From Lepisosteus oculatus (Eukaryota): a stretch of 64,000 nt of DNA. Both the position numbers and the translations under genes were made by a program. Location of the stretch: the NCBI RefSeq assembly GCF_040954835.1, contig NC_090710.1:31644586-31708585 (forward strand), given 5' to 3'. Of this stretch, positions 63,300 to 64,000 are shown in pieces (within the stretch, counting starts at the first letter, position 1; every line of letters starts with the position of its first letter). The notes under the pieces are model-generated. The model was not told the DNA's origin. It saw nothing but the letters and a program-made list of their open reading frames with translations, and made no database searches.

Positions 63300-63960
63300 T
63301 GTTCGTGTTTAAATCGAGAAAGTGGGATTAAAACATGAATTAAGGATTGTGGAGCTCCGCTTGCGTCCCTTAGCTCCGCGCCTGGCCGGGACATGGAGTG
63401 CAGCTGCGAACCCCCCCGCTCTTGAACAGGGTGGGAGAATCAAGTCACAGCAGTTGGATCCACTCCTGAACTTTGCACCGCCATCATGGTGCCCCCCCAA
63501 ACCCCCAAGAGCCGTTTCCACCGCACAACAACCCCCCTCACCCCTTAAATCGCACCTCGTTCCCCCTGGTCTCGCCTGCGCATTGAAGGAGGAGGAAAAT
63601 GAGTCAGAACGCAGCGCCTGCAGGGACCACCCCCCCTCCTCATCGTCAGTCTGACCCCTTGGTATTAGGAGCCTCACAACCGGAGCAGCGAGGCAGGCTT
63701 CCCGCACTCAGTGGATCTGTGCTCTTCACTCATTTTTACCCCCGTCCTCCGAGGCTGGGGATCGACCCCCCCCCGGCCGGCCTGGGCCCGCGCATGCGCG
63801 CCGGCGGCCCGGGGAGGAAGCTGCCTTGCCTGTCGCCTCCCACGCGCGGCCGAACGTACCCACGTCCCGGCGCGCATGCGCGGGGGGGCGCTCAGAGCAG
63901 GGGGGAACAAAAGTGGCGCTACATCGTATCCAGCTCGACTCCGGGTAAGGATTCAGACGC
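63300..63960. promoter_or_regulatory. CpG island with two palindromic NRF1 sites GCGCATGCGC (63790-63799 and 63872-63881), followed by a candidate first-exon donor GGG|gtaagg at 63944/63945
   Basis: The plus strand here is very C-rich and CpG-rich. Both NRF1 palindromes are exact matches. A GT-AAGG donor follows at 63945. Confidence 0.4.
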
Positions 63961-64000
63961 TATTTATTGCATTTTCTTGCCTAATCCGTCAAAGTTTGGC

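Noticed and set aside
1-64000. Prokaryotic-style features (CRISPR arrays, operons, defence-system gene clusters, rRNA or tRNA genes)
   Set aside because: The sequence is clearly eukaryotic: spliceosomal introns with GT-AG sites, CpG islands, vertebrate SINEs and Tc1 elements. No CRISPR-like repeat-spacer structure and no intact tRNA or rRNA gene was seen. The tRNA-like motifs all belong to SINE heads.

Overview
This window is vertebrate nuclear DNA, with fish- or anamniote-like repeats. It carries two convergent protein-coding genes separated by a transposon-rich spacer. No prokaryotic features (operons, CRISPR arrays, defence islands) are present.

(1) Plus strand, 384-5791: the 3' portion of an MPHOSPH8 (MPP8)-like gene, about 10 coding exons ending at a TAA stop. 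It encodes a charged low-complexity region, four ankyrin repeats and a C-terminal domain. Upstream exons, including the chromodomain, lie outside the window.

(2) Minus strand, 60210-31741: a complete PSPC1 (paraspeckle component 1, DBHS family) gene with 9 coding exons. They encode RRM1, RRM2, the NOPS domain, the coiled coil, a Gly/Met/Pro-rich tail and a C-terminal nuclear-localisation motif. Its CpG-island promoter carries YY1 and CRE motifs, and the 5'UTR is G-rich.

MPHOSPH8 and PSPC1 lie tail-to-tail, as I recall them doing in human, but the spacer here is about 26 kb instead of about 1 kb. It is filled with Tc1/mariner remnants carrying the TACAGTGCCTTGCAGAAGTATTC inverted-repeat family, plus two tRNA-derived SINE families. 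PSPC1 intron 1 contains a head-to-head inverted SINE pair next to a Tc1 remnant. Upstream of PSPC1, 62.4-63.96 kb, are two more CpG islands with NRF1 palindromes that probably mark a neighbouring gene start.

All exon boundaries were found by reading splice signals and reading frames by hand. The protein identities rest on my recall of the human PSPC1 and MPP8 sequences, not on any database search.
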